Assembly (NCBI GenBank): GCA_038225185.1
Contig: JBBRFA010000005.1
Coordinates: 1-58,584, forward strand
Direction: 5' to 3'
DNA length: 58,584 bases
Source: Chthoniobacterales bacterium
GTDB taxonomy: Bacteria; Verrucomicrobiota; Verrucomicrobiia; Chthoniobacterales; DASVRZ01
Shown here: in pieces, positions 37,697-46,842 of the stretch
Position numbering within the stretch: position 1 is the first letter of the stretch
Layout of the letters: every line of letters starts with the position of its first letter
The notes under the pieces: model-generated
The model's database searches: none
Told to the model about the DNA's origin: nothing
The model's input: the letters and a program-made list of their open reading frames with translations, nothing else
Program-made: the position numbers and the translations under genes

Positions 37697-40231
37697 ATGG
37701 AAAAAAACCTATTATTATCTAAATCGTTGACTCTTGCGGCTTTTGTCGCGGTTTCCACCATTGCCGTCCACGCTCAGGAAAGTGCTGAGCTGGATACTCT
37801 CCTCGTCACGGGCGCCGAAGTGCCCATTGCCGAGTCGATCATGCCCACCGTCCGGCCTTACAACGCCGCATTCGGGTTGGATCGCAACATTCAGGACGTT
37901 CCTCGTAACGTTACCATCATCTCCCGCGAACAATTGGACGCCATCAGCATTCAGGACGTGCGCGATTTCTCGAAACTCACCTCCTCCAGCTATACTAGCA
38001 GCAATTTCGGTGCTCCCTCCAATCCCAGTTTGCGCGGTCAGACTGCGGACGTCCTTGTCAACGGGATGAAAAGATCCCTCACCAACAATGGCAATGGCCT
38101 GCCGATTAATTTTAACTCGGTTGAGTCCGTCGATATTTTCAAAGGTCCGCCGACGGTCATCTACGGTGTTTCCAACGGTTTTACTGGCGGCTTCATCAAT
38201 TTGGTCACCAAACGTCCCTATTTCGGCAAGTTTCAAGGCTCGGCCAGCTTCACCCTGGGTGAATTTGAGCAACGTCGCTGGAACCTCGACATCGGCGGTC
38301 CCATCATCGCCGACCAGCTCGCCTATCGCGTTTCCTACTCCGGTGAGGAATCCGGCAGCTTCTACGAAAATGGCAACAAAAATACGCAGGCCATCTACGG
38401 CGCAATCACTTGGACGCCTTCCGCCAATTACACCTTGGAACTCAACGCCGAAATGTTCTTCGCCGATTACACCGAAAACTTCGGCGTCAACCGTGTCACC
38501 CAGGATTTGGTCGATAACAATCGTTACATCACCGGATTTGTCGGCGATCAGAATGGCGACGGTGTCATTGACAATCGCGATGTCAACAGCGGGTTCAACT
38601 CTGTCATTCTTGGCGAAACTATTACTTTGGATCGTAGCGTCCGCCTTCTTCGCCCTAGCGATGGCTCCTACGGACGCACTTTCAACATCCAAGCCATCCA
38701 GACTTTCAACATTGCCGACAATTTCACGATTGTTAACAACACGATGTATCAATGGGTCAAACGACAGACCCTGTCCTCTTATTATTACTCGGAAATCATC
38801 GACCCGGCCCAATCCATCGGGAACCGGACAGAGTTTCGGATGGATTTTGAGACTCCCTATGCATGGCAGCCAGCGTCCGTTGGGACCACCAAGCCGTCCT
38901 CCACCTCAGACAGTATGAGCAAGGACGGAAAGACGGTCATGGAAACCATTCCGCCTTACACGATCAAGACTTCGGTTAACTTCGGTCTCGATCTTCGCTA
39001 CCAAGAAGTCACGGCGTTCAATGACTTCAATAACGAGCCGGCCAATGCGTGGGACCTCAGTCGTCCACGTGAGTTGATTGACTACGTTAACTTTGACGGG
39101 TCAGTCCCAGTTCCCGGATATCCGGGGCGCGTGGCATCACCCGGTATTGATAACGTTAATGGTGGCGACACCAATCGCTCCCGGCAACTCTACATTTCGC
39201 CTTTTGCACAAGCGGACTTAAAGTTCTCCGAGCAAATCTCCCTTTTGATGGGTGTTCGTTTAGACATTCTTTATGTCGAGGCGATTGATCCCCTCTTTAG
39301 CCCCGATTACATCGAGCGCTTTCAAGGGCAGACCAACGCCGAGCGAGGCATTGACGGGGAGGATAGCACTGTGGTCGGTATTCCCAACTTCAATATTAGT
39401 CCGTCCTACAAACCATTTCCGTGGTTGACCACTTACTTCACTTACAACTACAGCCAATCCACCGCATCAGCCAATGGAGGGGGGTTTCCAACTCCAGCGA
39501 CAAGATTAGAAAATGGTATCTTGGTCGCACAGGATAGTATCAATGTTAAATCGCAATTGCGCCGCGAAAGTGAGTTGTTTGAGTTCGGCGTTAAAGCAAG
39601 CTTGTTCGAAGACACCGTTTTCATCGGAGCGGCAGCGTTTAAGCAGACTCGTGTTGTCCCAACCATCGGAGCAGGTTCCAACGCGCTCGATGTGTATGGA
39701 TTTGAGATCGAGGCAAACTATCAGCCGAACAAAAACTTCTATGCGACTGTTGGTTACACCTACCTGGATGCACAGCTTAAAAATCAGTCGCCCTTCTCAG
39801 TTCAAACCTATGCAATCGATGCGCCAAATGCTCCCTCGTTTTTCCCAGGGAGCGTCGTGACTGACACCTTCGGCGGGTTGGGAACTGCCTACCCGGTTGC
39901 AAATTACGAACAGCCTGCCTTGCCTGACCACCTTTTCAATGGCTTGGTTAGCTATAGCATCGACACCCGCATCGGTAAGTTTGGAGTTATACTCGGGAGC
40001 ACTGTCACTGGTCCTTTCAACGTGGATTTTCCCGGAACTGTCGTAGTCCCCTGGCAGTATAGTGTGGATGCCACTTTGTTCTACAAACACAAGAACTTCG
40101 AGGCTCGCCTTGCCTGCCTCAATGCCACGGACGAGCAAAACTGGTCTCCATCCAACCCCGTTTACGCACTGGATGGGATCGTTGCCGACCTTCCCCGTCG
40201 TTTCGAGGGCACCATCACCATCAAGTTCTAA
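37697..40231 (+). CDS. TonB-dependent receptor
   Basis: Signal peptide, TonB-box-like DTLLVTG, plug motifs (PRNVTII, VESVDIFKGP, GGFINLVTKRP), C-terminal Phe. Confidence 0.93.
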   Translation: MEKNLLLSKSLTLAAFVAVSTIAVHAQESAELDTLLVTGAEVPIAESIMPTVRPYNAAFGLDRNIQDVPRNVTIISREQLDAISIQDVRDFSKLTSSSYTSSNFGAPSNPSLRGQTADVLVNGMKRSLTNNGNGLPINFNSVESVDIFKGPPTVIYGVSNGFTGGFINLVTKRPYFGKFQGSASFTLGEFEQRRWNLDIGGPIIADQLAYRVSYSGEESGSFYENGNKNTQAIYGAITWTPSANYTLELNAEMFFADYTENFGVNRVTQDLVDNNRYITGFVGDQNGDGVIDNRDVNSGFNSVILGETITLDRSVRLLRPSDGSYGRTFNIQAIQTFNIADNFTIVNNTMYQWVKRQTLSSYYYSEIIDPAQSIGNRTEFRMDFETPYAWQPASVGTTKPSSTSDSMSKDGKTVMETIPPYTIKTSVNFGLDLRYQEVTAFNDFNNEPANAWDLSRPRELIDYVNFDGSVPVPGYPGRVASPGIDNVNGGDTNRSRQLYISPFAQADLKFSEQISLLMGVRLDILYVEAIDPLFSPDYIERFQGQTNAERGIDGEDSTVVGIPNFNISPSYKPFPWLTTYFTYNYSQSTASANGGGFPTPATRLENGILVAQDSINVKSQLRRESELFEFGVKASLFEDTVFIGAAAFKQTRVVPTIGAGSNALDVYGFEIEANYQPNKNFYATVGYTYLDAQLKNQSPFSVQTYAIDAPNAPSFFPGSVVTDTFGGLGTAYPVANYEQPALPDHLFNGLVSYSIDTRIGKFGVILGSTVTGPFNVDFPGTVVVPWQYSVDATLFYKHKNFEARLACLNATDEQNWSPSNPVYALDGIVADLPRRFEGTITIKF

Positions 40232-40247
40232 CATTTAACACTCACCC

Positions 40248-40290
40248 ACGATTGGTTGGGCAGGGAAACAGGGATTTCCCAACCAATCGT
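40248..40290. other. Long hairpin right after the receptor stop codon
   Basis: acgattggttggg ... cccaaccaatcgt, 13-bp perfect stem. Confidence 0.7.
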
Positions 40291-40298
40291 AAGTTTTC

Positions 40299-40340
40299 GA
40301 TGGCCCCGCCCTGTCCAGGTGCGGGGCCATTTTCTTTTCT
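40299..40340 (+). terminator. Rho-independent terminator
   Basis: atggccccgc-loop-gcggggccat followed by tttctttt. Confidence 0.8.
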
Positions 40341-40404
40341 GCAAATATGACCGCACATTTCATTTCTAACATCAGATTCTACCAGCGCGTATCCAGCCGC
40401 CTAC

Positions 40405-41661
40405 ATGCTGCGCAAAAAGGTCGTCCACGAAATCGTTATGAAAATGCCATCCCAGAGTAATTTAACCGCAACCCCCGACGCCGGGGAGCGCACGCGACTC
40501 GCGTGCAGTTTTTGGCGAGTCGCCAAAAACGCATTATCCATCGCGAAGCGCACTTTTTGGAGAAGCGCGACGATCGCCAGTTGCGGGAAAATTTTTAATG
40601 AATCGCCCAAACCCGCACCCAAGTCGCGGCCGCTACCCGGAGCTTTCGCGCTCGTTGCATTATTAGGGATCCCGTCAGTCCACGCCGCCGAAATCATCCG
40701 TCCCAAAGTCGTGGTCATTTCCACGTTCGAGATCGGACAAGACACCGGCGATGTCCCCGGCGAATTTCAACTCTGGGCCGAGCGCGAAAAATTTGCCAAC
40801 CCCATCACAGTGCCCGGCCTCGATCATCCCGTGCTCTCCAACGATCAGGGAGTCTTCGGCGTGGTCAGTGGCACCACCGTGCGGTCCGCCGTCCAAATCA
40901 CCTATCTCATCAACGACCCGCGCTTTGATTTTTCCAAAACTTATTTTCTCATCGCTGGCATCGCTGGCGTGGATCCCGAAAATGCCAGCGTGGGCAGCGC
41001 CGCCTGGGCGCGCTGGATCGTCGATGGCGATATCGCTTACGAAATTGATTCGCGCGAAACCAAGCCCGACTGGCCTTATGGCATCGTCCCCATCGGCGGA
41101 AAAATTCCCAATCAAATTCCGAAAGACGCCCCCTGGGCTCCCAAACCCATGGCCTGGAAACTCAATCCCGCACTCGTCAATTGGGCCTACCAACTCACCA
41201 AAGACATCGTTATTCCAGAGACCGACGATGCCAGGGCGCACCGCGCCAAATTTACCGCCTGGAAACCCGCCCAGGAACCGCCAAAAATTCTCCTCGGCGA
41301 CATTGTCGGCTCCTGCCGTTACTGGCACGGCACCGTCCTCACGAAATGGGCCAACGATTGGACAAAACTTTACACCGGCGGGGAGGGCGATTTCGTCATG
41401 TCCAACATGGAGGATCAAGGCATCGCCGCCGCCCTCGAACGAAGTTCCGCCTTGGGCAAAGTCGATTTTCAACGGGTGCTTTTCCTGCGCACCGGCAGCA
41501 ATTACTGCACTCCGCATCCCGCCCAGACCGCCATGGAAAGCATGACGGAGGAATACAGCGGCATGTTACCCTCGCTCGAATCCGCCTATCTCGCAGGCAG
41601 CAAAGTGGTCCACACCCTCATCGCCGACTGGAAAACTTACGAAACCACCACCCCTAAATAA
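40405..41661 (+). CDS. Purine nucleoside permease (NUP family), exported, with a REP-derived N-terminal extension
   Basis: PKVVVISTFEIGQDTGDVPGEFQLW, DPRFDFSKTYFLIAGIAGVDP, GSAAWA, MEDQG, LRTGSNY; start may be 40405, 40438 or 40444. Confidence 0.85.
   Translation: MLRKKVVHEIVMKMPSQSNLTATPDAGERTRLACSFWRVAKNALSIAKRTFWRSATIASCGKIFNESPKPAPKSRPLPGAFALVALLGIPSVHAAEIIRPKVVVISTFEIGQDTGDVPGEFQLWAEREKFANPITVPGLDHPVLSNDQGVFGVVSGTTVRSAVQITYLINDPRFDFSKTYFLIAGIAGVDPENASVGSAAWARWIVDGDIAYEIDSRETKPDWPYGIVPIGGKIPNQIPKDAPWAPKPMAWKLNPALVNWAYQLTKDIVIPETDDARAHRAKFTAWKPAQEPPKILLGDIVGSCRYWHGTVLTKWANDWTKLYTGGEGDFVMSNMEDQGIAAALERSSALGKVDFQRVLFLRTGSNYCTPHPAQTAMESMTEEYSGMLPSLESAYLAGSKVVHTLIADWKTYETTTPK
40481..40649. 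repeat. REPIN-like inverted pair of the alaS-type REP
   Basis: 40481-40506 is the exact reverse complement of alaS right repeat 16388-16413; 40615-40640 matches it 21/26 and is followed by the same agctttcgc. Confidence 0.9.
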
Positions 41662-41668
41662 AAGATCG

Positions 41669-41750
41669 TCCGCAGATTCCCGCAAATTTTTAACACTAAA
41701 AGCAACGCACTGACCGCAAAAAATCTGCGTTAATCTGAGAAATCTGCGGA
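41669..41750. repeat. Short inverted/tandem cgcagatt / aatctgcg repeat element
   Basis: tccgcagattcccgcaaatt ... aatctgcgttaatctgagaaatctgcgga. Confidence 0.7.
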
Positions 41751-41768
41751 TAGCCTCAACCAAACCTC

Positions 41769-43094
41769 ATGCTCGAAACTTTTTTCCAACTCAAAGAAAA
41801 CGGCACCACCGTCCGGCGCGAACTCACCGCCGGCCTCACCACTTTTGCCGCCATGGCCTACATCCTTGCGGTCAATCCGCAAATCCTCTCCGCCTCCGGG
41901 ATGGAAATCGGCGCCCTCATCACCGCCACCGCCCTGGCTTCGGCGATCATGACCTTGGCCATGGCTTTCATGACCAACTACCCTCTCGCCCTCGCTCCCG
42001 GCATGGGGCTCAACGCTTTCTTTGCCTTTACCATCTGCGGCGCCATGAAAATCCCCTGGCAATCGGCCCTCGGCATGGTGTTCTGGGGCGGGCTGCTTTT
42101 TCTCGTCCTCTCGCTTACCGGCTTGCGCAAAAAACTGGTCGAAGCCATTCCGTTCGAGCTTAAACTAGCCATCACCTGCGGCATCGGATTATTCATCGCC
42201 TTTATCGGACTCAAAAACGGCGGGATCGTAGTCGCGCACCCGGCCACCTTGGTTGGGTTGGGCGATTTTGGCGCGCCCGGCCCCTGGCTGGTCCTCGGCG
42301 GAGTGGTCCTCATCGGTGCCCTGGTCGCCCGCAAAATCAAGGGAGCCGTCATCATTGGTGTTCTCGTCGTCACCGGCCTCGGATTTTTTATCCACGGCGC
42401 AAATGGTCCGATTACGGCGACTCCCGGCAACATTTTTGCCCTGCCCGCTTCACTGGCCCCGACGTTTATGCAACTCGATCTTTCCTTTCTCTGGCGCGAA
42501 CCAGGGGTGGCCATTCCCCTGGTTCTTGCCCTCCTTTTTGTCGATCTTTTCGACGGCATGGGCACCTTGATCGGAGTCTGCAATCGCGCCGGATTACTCG
42601 ATAAAAATGGCAACCTGCCAAAAATCGGACGCGCCTTTACCGCCGATGCCAGCGCAGCCATGATCGGTGCCTGCCTGGGCACTTCCACGGTTACGCCTTA
42701 CATCGAATCCGCTGCCGGAGTCGAGGAAGGAGCCCGCACCGGGCTGTCGTCAGTGACGGTGGCGGTCTGTTTTCTTCTCGCGCTATTTTTAAATCCGCTC
42801 ATCGCCATCATCCCGGCGGTGGCCACGGCGCCGGCGCTCATCATCGTGGGTATTTTTATGATGCAAGGCGTGCTCGATATCGATTTGAAGGATTTCACCA
42901 AAGCGGTGCCGGCCGTGGTGACGATGCTGGCGATGCCGTTGACCTTTAGCATCAGCGAAGGGATCGCCCTCGGTTTTTTGGTTTATGCAGCCTTGAATCT
43001 TTTTCTCGGCCGATGGAAGCAAGTCACGCCGCTGGCCTGGTTTCTGGCAGTTCTGTTTCTGGCCCATTTTATTTATCAAAGCCACGGCGGCTGA
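41769..43094 (+). CDS. NCS2/AzgA-family purine permease
   Basis: FQLKENGTTVRRELTAGLTTF, LAPGMGLNAFF, YIESAAGVEEGARTGL, MPLTFSISEG. Confidence 0.95.
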   Translation: MLETFFQLKENGTTVRRELTAGLTTFAAMAYILAVNPQILSASGMEIGALITATALASAIMTLAMAFMTNYPLALAPGMGLNAFFAFTICGAMKIPWQSALGMVFWGGLLFLVLSLTGLRKKLVEAIPFELKLAITCGIGLFIAFIGLKNGGIVVAHPATLVGLGDFGAPGPWLVLGGVVLIGALVARKIKGAVIIGVLVVTGLGFFIHGANGPITATPGNIFALPASLAPTFMQLDLSFLWREPGVAIPLVLALLFVDLFDGMGTLIGVCNRAGLLDKNGNLPKIGRAFTADASAAMIGACLGTSTVTPYIESAAGVEEGARTGLSSVTVAVCFLLALFLNPLIAIIPAVATAPALIIVGIFMMQGVLDIDLKDFTKAVPAVVTMLAMPLTFSISEGIALGFLVYAALNLFLGRWKQVTPLAWFLAVLFLAHFIYQSHGG

Positions 43095-43159
43095 CTTTTT
43101 TCCATGCCAGGAAATTTCGTGAGGGATTTTGACCGGCAACGTCGTTAGCCTAAGATGAA

Positions 43160-43516
43160 ATGAAAGACCCTGCGCTCGATGACCTCTTAAAATCCATGGC
43201 AAATGTTGTACCGCCGACTGGCGATGAAATCTTTCGCCAAGCCGTGTGGCGGGAGGTGCGGCATCGTCGGGCGTTGATCGAGGAAAAGCCGTCCGGACTT
43301 TTGCGAGATTGGAGCGAGGCTCTGCAAAGCCTCTTTCCCCGGCTGGCCTTGGGAGGCGCTGCTCTTGCGGTCGGGATGGGTTTGCTGGTCGGCACATTCA
43401 CGACAAAAACAATCGGAAACTCCAGATCTTCGGCGACTGTCCAAGCTCTGGATCTGGGTGTTTTCCAACCCGAAGCCGCTGGAATGATTCACGCTCGGTT
43501 ACTGGCCAAACAATGA
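43160..43516 (+). CDS. Membrane anti-sigma factor, CnrY-like by position
   Basis: 118 aa, FRQAVWREV N-terminal helix, one TM; first gene before sensor and ECF sigma. Confidence 0.65.
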   Translation: MKDPALDDLLKSMANVVPPTGDEIFRQAVWREVRHRRALIEEKPSGLLRDWSEALQSLFPRLALGGAALAVGMGLLVGTFTTKTIGNSRSSATVQALDLGVFQPEAAGMIHARLLAKQ

Positions 43517-43965
43517 GAGGCAAATGGCCAATTTTACTGACTGGTCTGGTGCTTTTAAGTGTCGTCGCCGCCACCAGCTCCCTCATTACCGCCTGGGTGA
43601 TGCGCACGGCTGAGACATCCCGAAGCGCAGATTTTCACGATTACATCCATGCCGAGTTGGGGATGACCGATGCCCAGGAAAAACGTCTGCTTCCTTCCGA
43701 AAAACGTTACGAGGAGACGAAACGCCATCTCACCGAAGTCATCCGCCAGTCCAACCAGGAACTCGCCCGCGCCATTCAGCAAGAGCGTGCCAATTCGCCC
43801 CGCGTGCAGGCTGCGGTCAAGAGCATCCACGAAGCCCAGGGACAACTTCAGGAAGCGACTCTGGAGCATATTTTTGAGATGAAAGAAGTGATTGAGCCAG
43901 CACAGTATGAGCGGTTGATCGATCTCACCCAGCAAGCCTTGCGACGGCAGGGTGGCGACGAGTGA
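43513..43965 (+). CDS. cnrX: Periplasmic metal sensor, CnrX/NccX-like
   Basis: TM anchor, DFHDYIH..E and ATLEHIFEM match the CnrX His/His/Glu/His/Met ligand pattern; ATGA overlap with upstream gene. Confidence 0.75.
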   Translation: MRGKWPILLTGLVLLSVVAATSSLITAWVMRTAETSRSADFHDYIHAELGMTDAQEKRLLPSEKRYEETKRHLTEVIRQSNQELARAIQQERANSPRVQAAVKSIHEAQGQLQEATLEHIFEMKEVIEPAQYERLIDLTQQALRRQGGDE

Positions 43966-43971
43966 TGGCCC

Positions 43972-44520
43972 ATGAGCGATCCCGACTGGCCCGATGTGCA
44001 GGCTCTGCAAAACGGCGAAAATGAGGGTCTGGATCGGTTGCTTGAGCGTCATCGGCGTCCGCTGCAAACCTTTATTCATCGCATGATCGGCCACGCCGCC
44101 GATGCTGACGAACTCACCCAGGAAACCTTTGTGAGAGTTTATTTTCAAATTCAACAGTATCAACCCGAGGCCCCCTTCGTGGCCTGGCTGTATCAGATTG
44201 CCCGTAATTTGTGCCGCGATTATTTCCGCAGCCGGGCATTTCGACAAAGGCAGCAATCCACCGAGTGGCTGCCCGAAATGAGCGACCGCCATTCCATCGC
44301 CAGCGCTCCGTTCACCCAGGAAAATCTGGAGCGGACGGAAAAACTGCAGATCGCCATCACTCGTCTGCCGCTTGCCTTGCGCGCCTGTATCGTGCTCACC
44401 GCCATCGAGGGTTTATCGCATAAGGAAGCCGCCCTAAGACTCGGCATCAGCCCCAAGGCAGTGGAAAATAAAACTGCCCGGGCTAAAAAACGTCTCTTGA
44501 TTGTTTTGAAAAAAATCTGA
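43972..44520 (+). CDS. ECF sigma-70 factor, CnrH-like by context
   Basis: ADELTQETFVRVY, WLYQIARNLCRD, EGLSHKEAA.RLGISPKAVE. Confidence 0.9.
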   Translation: MSDPDWPDVQALQNGENEGLDRLLERHRRPLQTFIHRMIGHAADADELTQETFVRVYFQIQQYQPEAPFVAWLYQIARNLCRDYFRSRAFRQRQQSTEWLPEMSDRHSIASAPFTQENLERTEKLQIAITRLPLALRACIVLTAIEGLSHKEAALRLGISPKAVENKTARAKKRLLIVLKKI

Positions 44521-44554
44521 GGGATCGCTCTCGCCGATTTCGTTTGCAAAGTGT

Positions 44555-45892
44555 ATGCCAATCTCCAGTTTACCCCATCGTCCCCTGCCCTGCCCAAGGC
44601 GGATGAAGCAGCGTTGGGGTGGTTTTTTTCTGGGAATGCTCTTTCTCGTCGCCGGCCATGTGCAGGGTTCCGCCATCAGCATCGACGACGCTGTCCAGAC
44701 TGCGCTTAAAAATAATCGTGAGTTGCAAGCAGCCCGTTTCGCCGTGCAAAAAGCCCAGGCCCGCCTCATCCAGGCCGGACGCTGGCCCAATCCCGAGGTC
44801 AGCGTGTCGGGAGCGAGCGATTTCGCTTTGACCGCTGAAGGCGAATACGCTTTTAGCGTGGGACTTTACCAGAATTTCCCCCTCACCTCGCGCCTCGCGC
44901 TTTCCCGCGAACTGGGGCGGCTCGATGTCGTCCGGGCGCTTCGCGAAATTCGCAACGAAGAACGTCTCCTCATCCGCCGCGTTCACCAAGTTTACCTGGA
45001 TAATGTTGCCGCCCGGGAACGCGCTACCACTTGGGTTCGCATCGATAACGAACTCACCCGCACCCTCACTTTGGCCCGTCAACGCGTCGTCTCCGGCCAG
45101 GGTTCTCTTTCCGAAACTGCCATCGCGCTCGCCGCCCAAAAAAAAGCCTGGAGCGAACATCTCACCGCCACCACCGAAGCGGCCTCCACTCTTATTCTCC
45201 TGAAAACTCTCCTCGGATTATCCGCCGAACAAGCCCTTATCCCAAGCGATTCCCTTGCCCAAATCGTCCTCCACCTGCAATCTCTCGCCGGTGCCCGCCC
45301 CTCCGTTTTACATCGTCCCGACGCCGAACTTTTAATCCTCGAAGCCGACCGGGCCAGCCTCGAAATCCGCCTGGCCCGCACCGAAGCTTGGGAAGGTCTG
45401 CGCATCGGGGTCGATACCTCCAGCGAACGCAGCAACGACGCCCCCGGCGGCCTCGGCACCACCCAGATGGCAGGCCTGACTGTCTCCCTCCCTTTGCCCG
45501 TCTGGGATCGAAAAATTGGGCGTCGCGCAGAAAAAATTGCCGACCGCGACGAAGCCAACGCGCGTCTTGCCGCCATCCGCTTGGAAATGCAAAATTCCCT
45601 CGTCGCTCAACTCCAGACGATCACACTTTTGCAGCGCCAAAAATCCGCCTTCGCCACCGAAGCCCTGGTCCCACTTCTCGAAGCCGAAAAAGCTTTGCTT
45701 GCTGGCTTTGAGGAAGGGCGCATCGATTTGCGTGATCTGCTTGCCCTGCGCGCGCAGGTCTCCGAATTCCGCCTGCAAAACACCGCGCTCCTCGTGCGGC
45801 TGGCCGAGGCTTACGCCGATTTAATCTCGATCTCCGGACGTCATCCCGCCGTGAGTCGGAAGTATCTGGAACCCACAAAATCCACTTTATGA
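44555..45892 (+). CDS. TolC-family outer membrane efflux protein (CzcC/CnrC-like)
   Basis: ALKNNRELQAAR, AGRWPNPEV, VSLPLPVWDR, GFEEGRIDL. Confidence 0.88.
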   Translation: MPISSLPHRPLPCPRRMKQRWGGFFLGMLFLVAGHVQGSAISIDDAVQTALKNNRELQAARFAVQKAQARLIQAGRWPNPEVSVSGASDFALTAEGEYAFSVGLYQNFPLTSRLALSRELGRLDVVRALREIRNEERLLIRRVHQVYLDNVAARERATTWVRIDNELTRTLTLARQRVVSGQGSLSETAIALAAQKKAWSEHLTATTEAASTLILLKTLLGLSAEQALIPSDSLAQIVLHLQSLAGARPSVLHRPDAELLILEADRASLEIRLARTEAWEGLRIGVDTSSERSNDAPGGLGTTQMAGLTVSLPLPVWDRKIGRRAEKIADRDEANARLAAIRLEMQNSLVAQLQTITLLQRQKSAFATEALVPLLEAEKALLAGFEEGRIDLRDLLALRAQVSEFRLQNTALLVRLAEAYADLISISGRHPAVSRKYLEPTKSTL

Positions 45893-46827
45893 AAAACGCT
45901 CTCTTTTTGATTTTTCTCGCCCCAATCCTTCTCACCTCCCTGACTCCCGCAACTGCCGAGGCCGCCGAAGCCGCCGGTGCCATTTACCTTTCCGAAGTGC
46001 AACGACGCAACCTCGGCCTGCAAATCGTGGAAGCCGGGATCCACGAGCTGGCCCGCACCGCCGAGGTCAGCGCCGTCCTCGTCGTTCCCCCCGAAAAACA
46101 TGGCCAGGTGAGTGCGCCATTTGCCGGCAAAGTCACCGAAGTGCTCGTAAAATTAGGCCAGAGCGTGCGCGCGGGCGATCCCGTTTTAAAAGTCACCCCG
46201 CTGGCTGTCGGCAGCCCGGCCCAAACGCTCGTCTCGCCCATTGCTGGGCATGTCATCCGGCAAAATTCCATGCCCGGACGCACCTTCACCTCCGAGACCA
46301 GCCTCGTCGAAGTGGGCGACGATTCGGAGTTACTCGCTCAGGGATTGTTTTTTCAGTCGCCGATTTTAAACGAAATAAAACTCGGTGCTCGCGCAACTTT
46401 TTTAGTCGATGTCCATCCCGGCGAAACTTTTCCAGGCGTCTTGCAACGCATCGATACCGGGCACGGACCGGAGGACCCGGTTTTTCATATTTACGCAGCC
46501 ATCCCCAATCCCCGGCATCAGTTGCGCCCCAACTTTCGCGGACGTCTGCTGGTCGAATTGGAAGCCCCCCAAGCCGTGGTGGCCATTCCGCGCAGAGCCG
46601 TGCTCGGTTCCCTGGGTAAACTGTTCGTTTTTGTCGAAAATGAGGACGCCCATTTTGAAAAACGTGAAGTCATTCTCGGCCTGCGCAGTGGCGATCTCAA
46701 CGAAATCGTCGAAGGCCTTCTCCCCGGCGAAAAAGTAGTCACCGTCGGCAATTACCAGCTCCAATACGTCCTGCCCGAGGGCAGCGAACCCGCCGCCGCC
46801 GATCCCCACGCCGGACACACCCACTAG
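45889..46827 (+). CDS. RND periplasmic adaptor subunit (CzcB/CnrB-like)
   Basis: APFAGKVTEVLVKLGQSVRAGDP, NPRHQLRP, GLLPGEKVV, terminal DPHAGHTH. Confidence 0.9.
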   Translation: MKNALFLIFLAPILLTSLTPATAEAAEAAGAIYLSEVQRRNLGLQIVEAGIHELARTAEVSAVLVVPPEKHGQVSAPFAGKVTEVLVKLGQSVRAGDPVLKVTPLAVGSPAQTLVSPIAGHVIRQNSMPGRTFTSETSLVEVGDDSELLAQGLFFQSPILNEIKLGARATFLVDVHPGETFPGVLQRIDTGHGPEDPVFHIYAAIPNPRHQLRPNFRGRLLVELEAPQAVVAIPRRAVLGSLGKLFVFVENEDAHFEKREVILGLRSGDLNEIVEGLLPGEKVVTVGNYQLQYVLPEGSEPAAADPHAGHTH

Positions 46828-46842
46828 CCATCGCACCGATTC

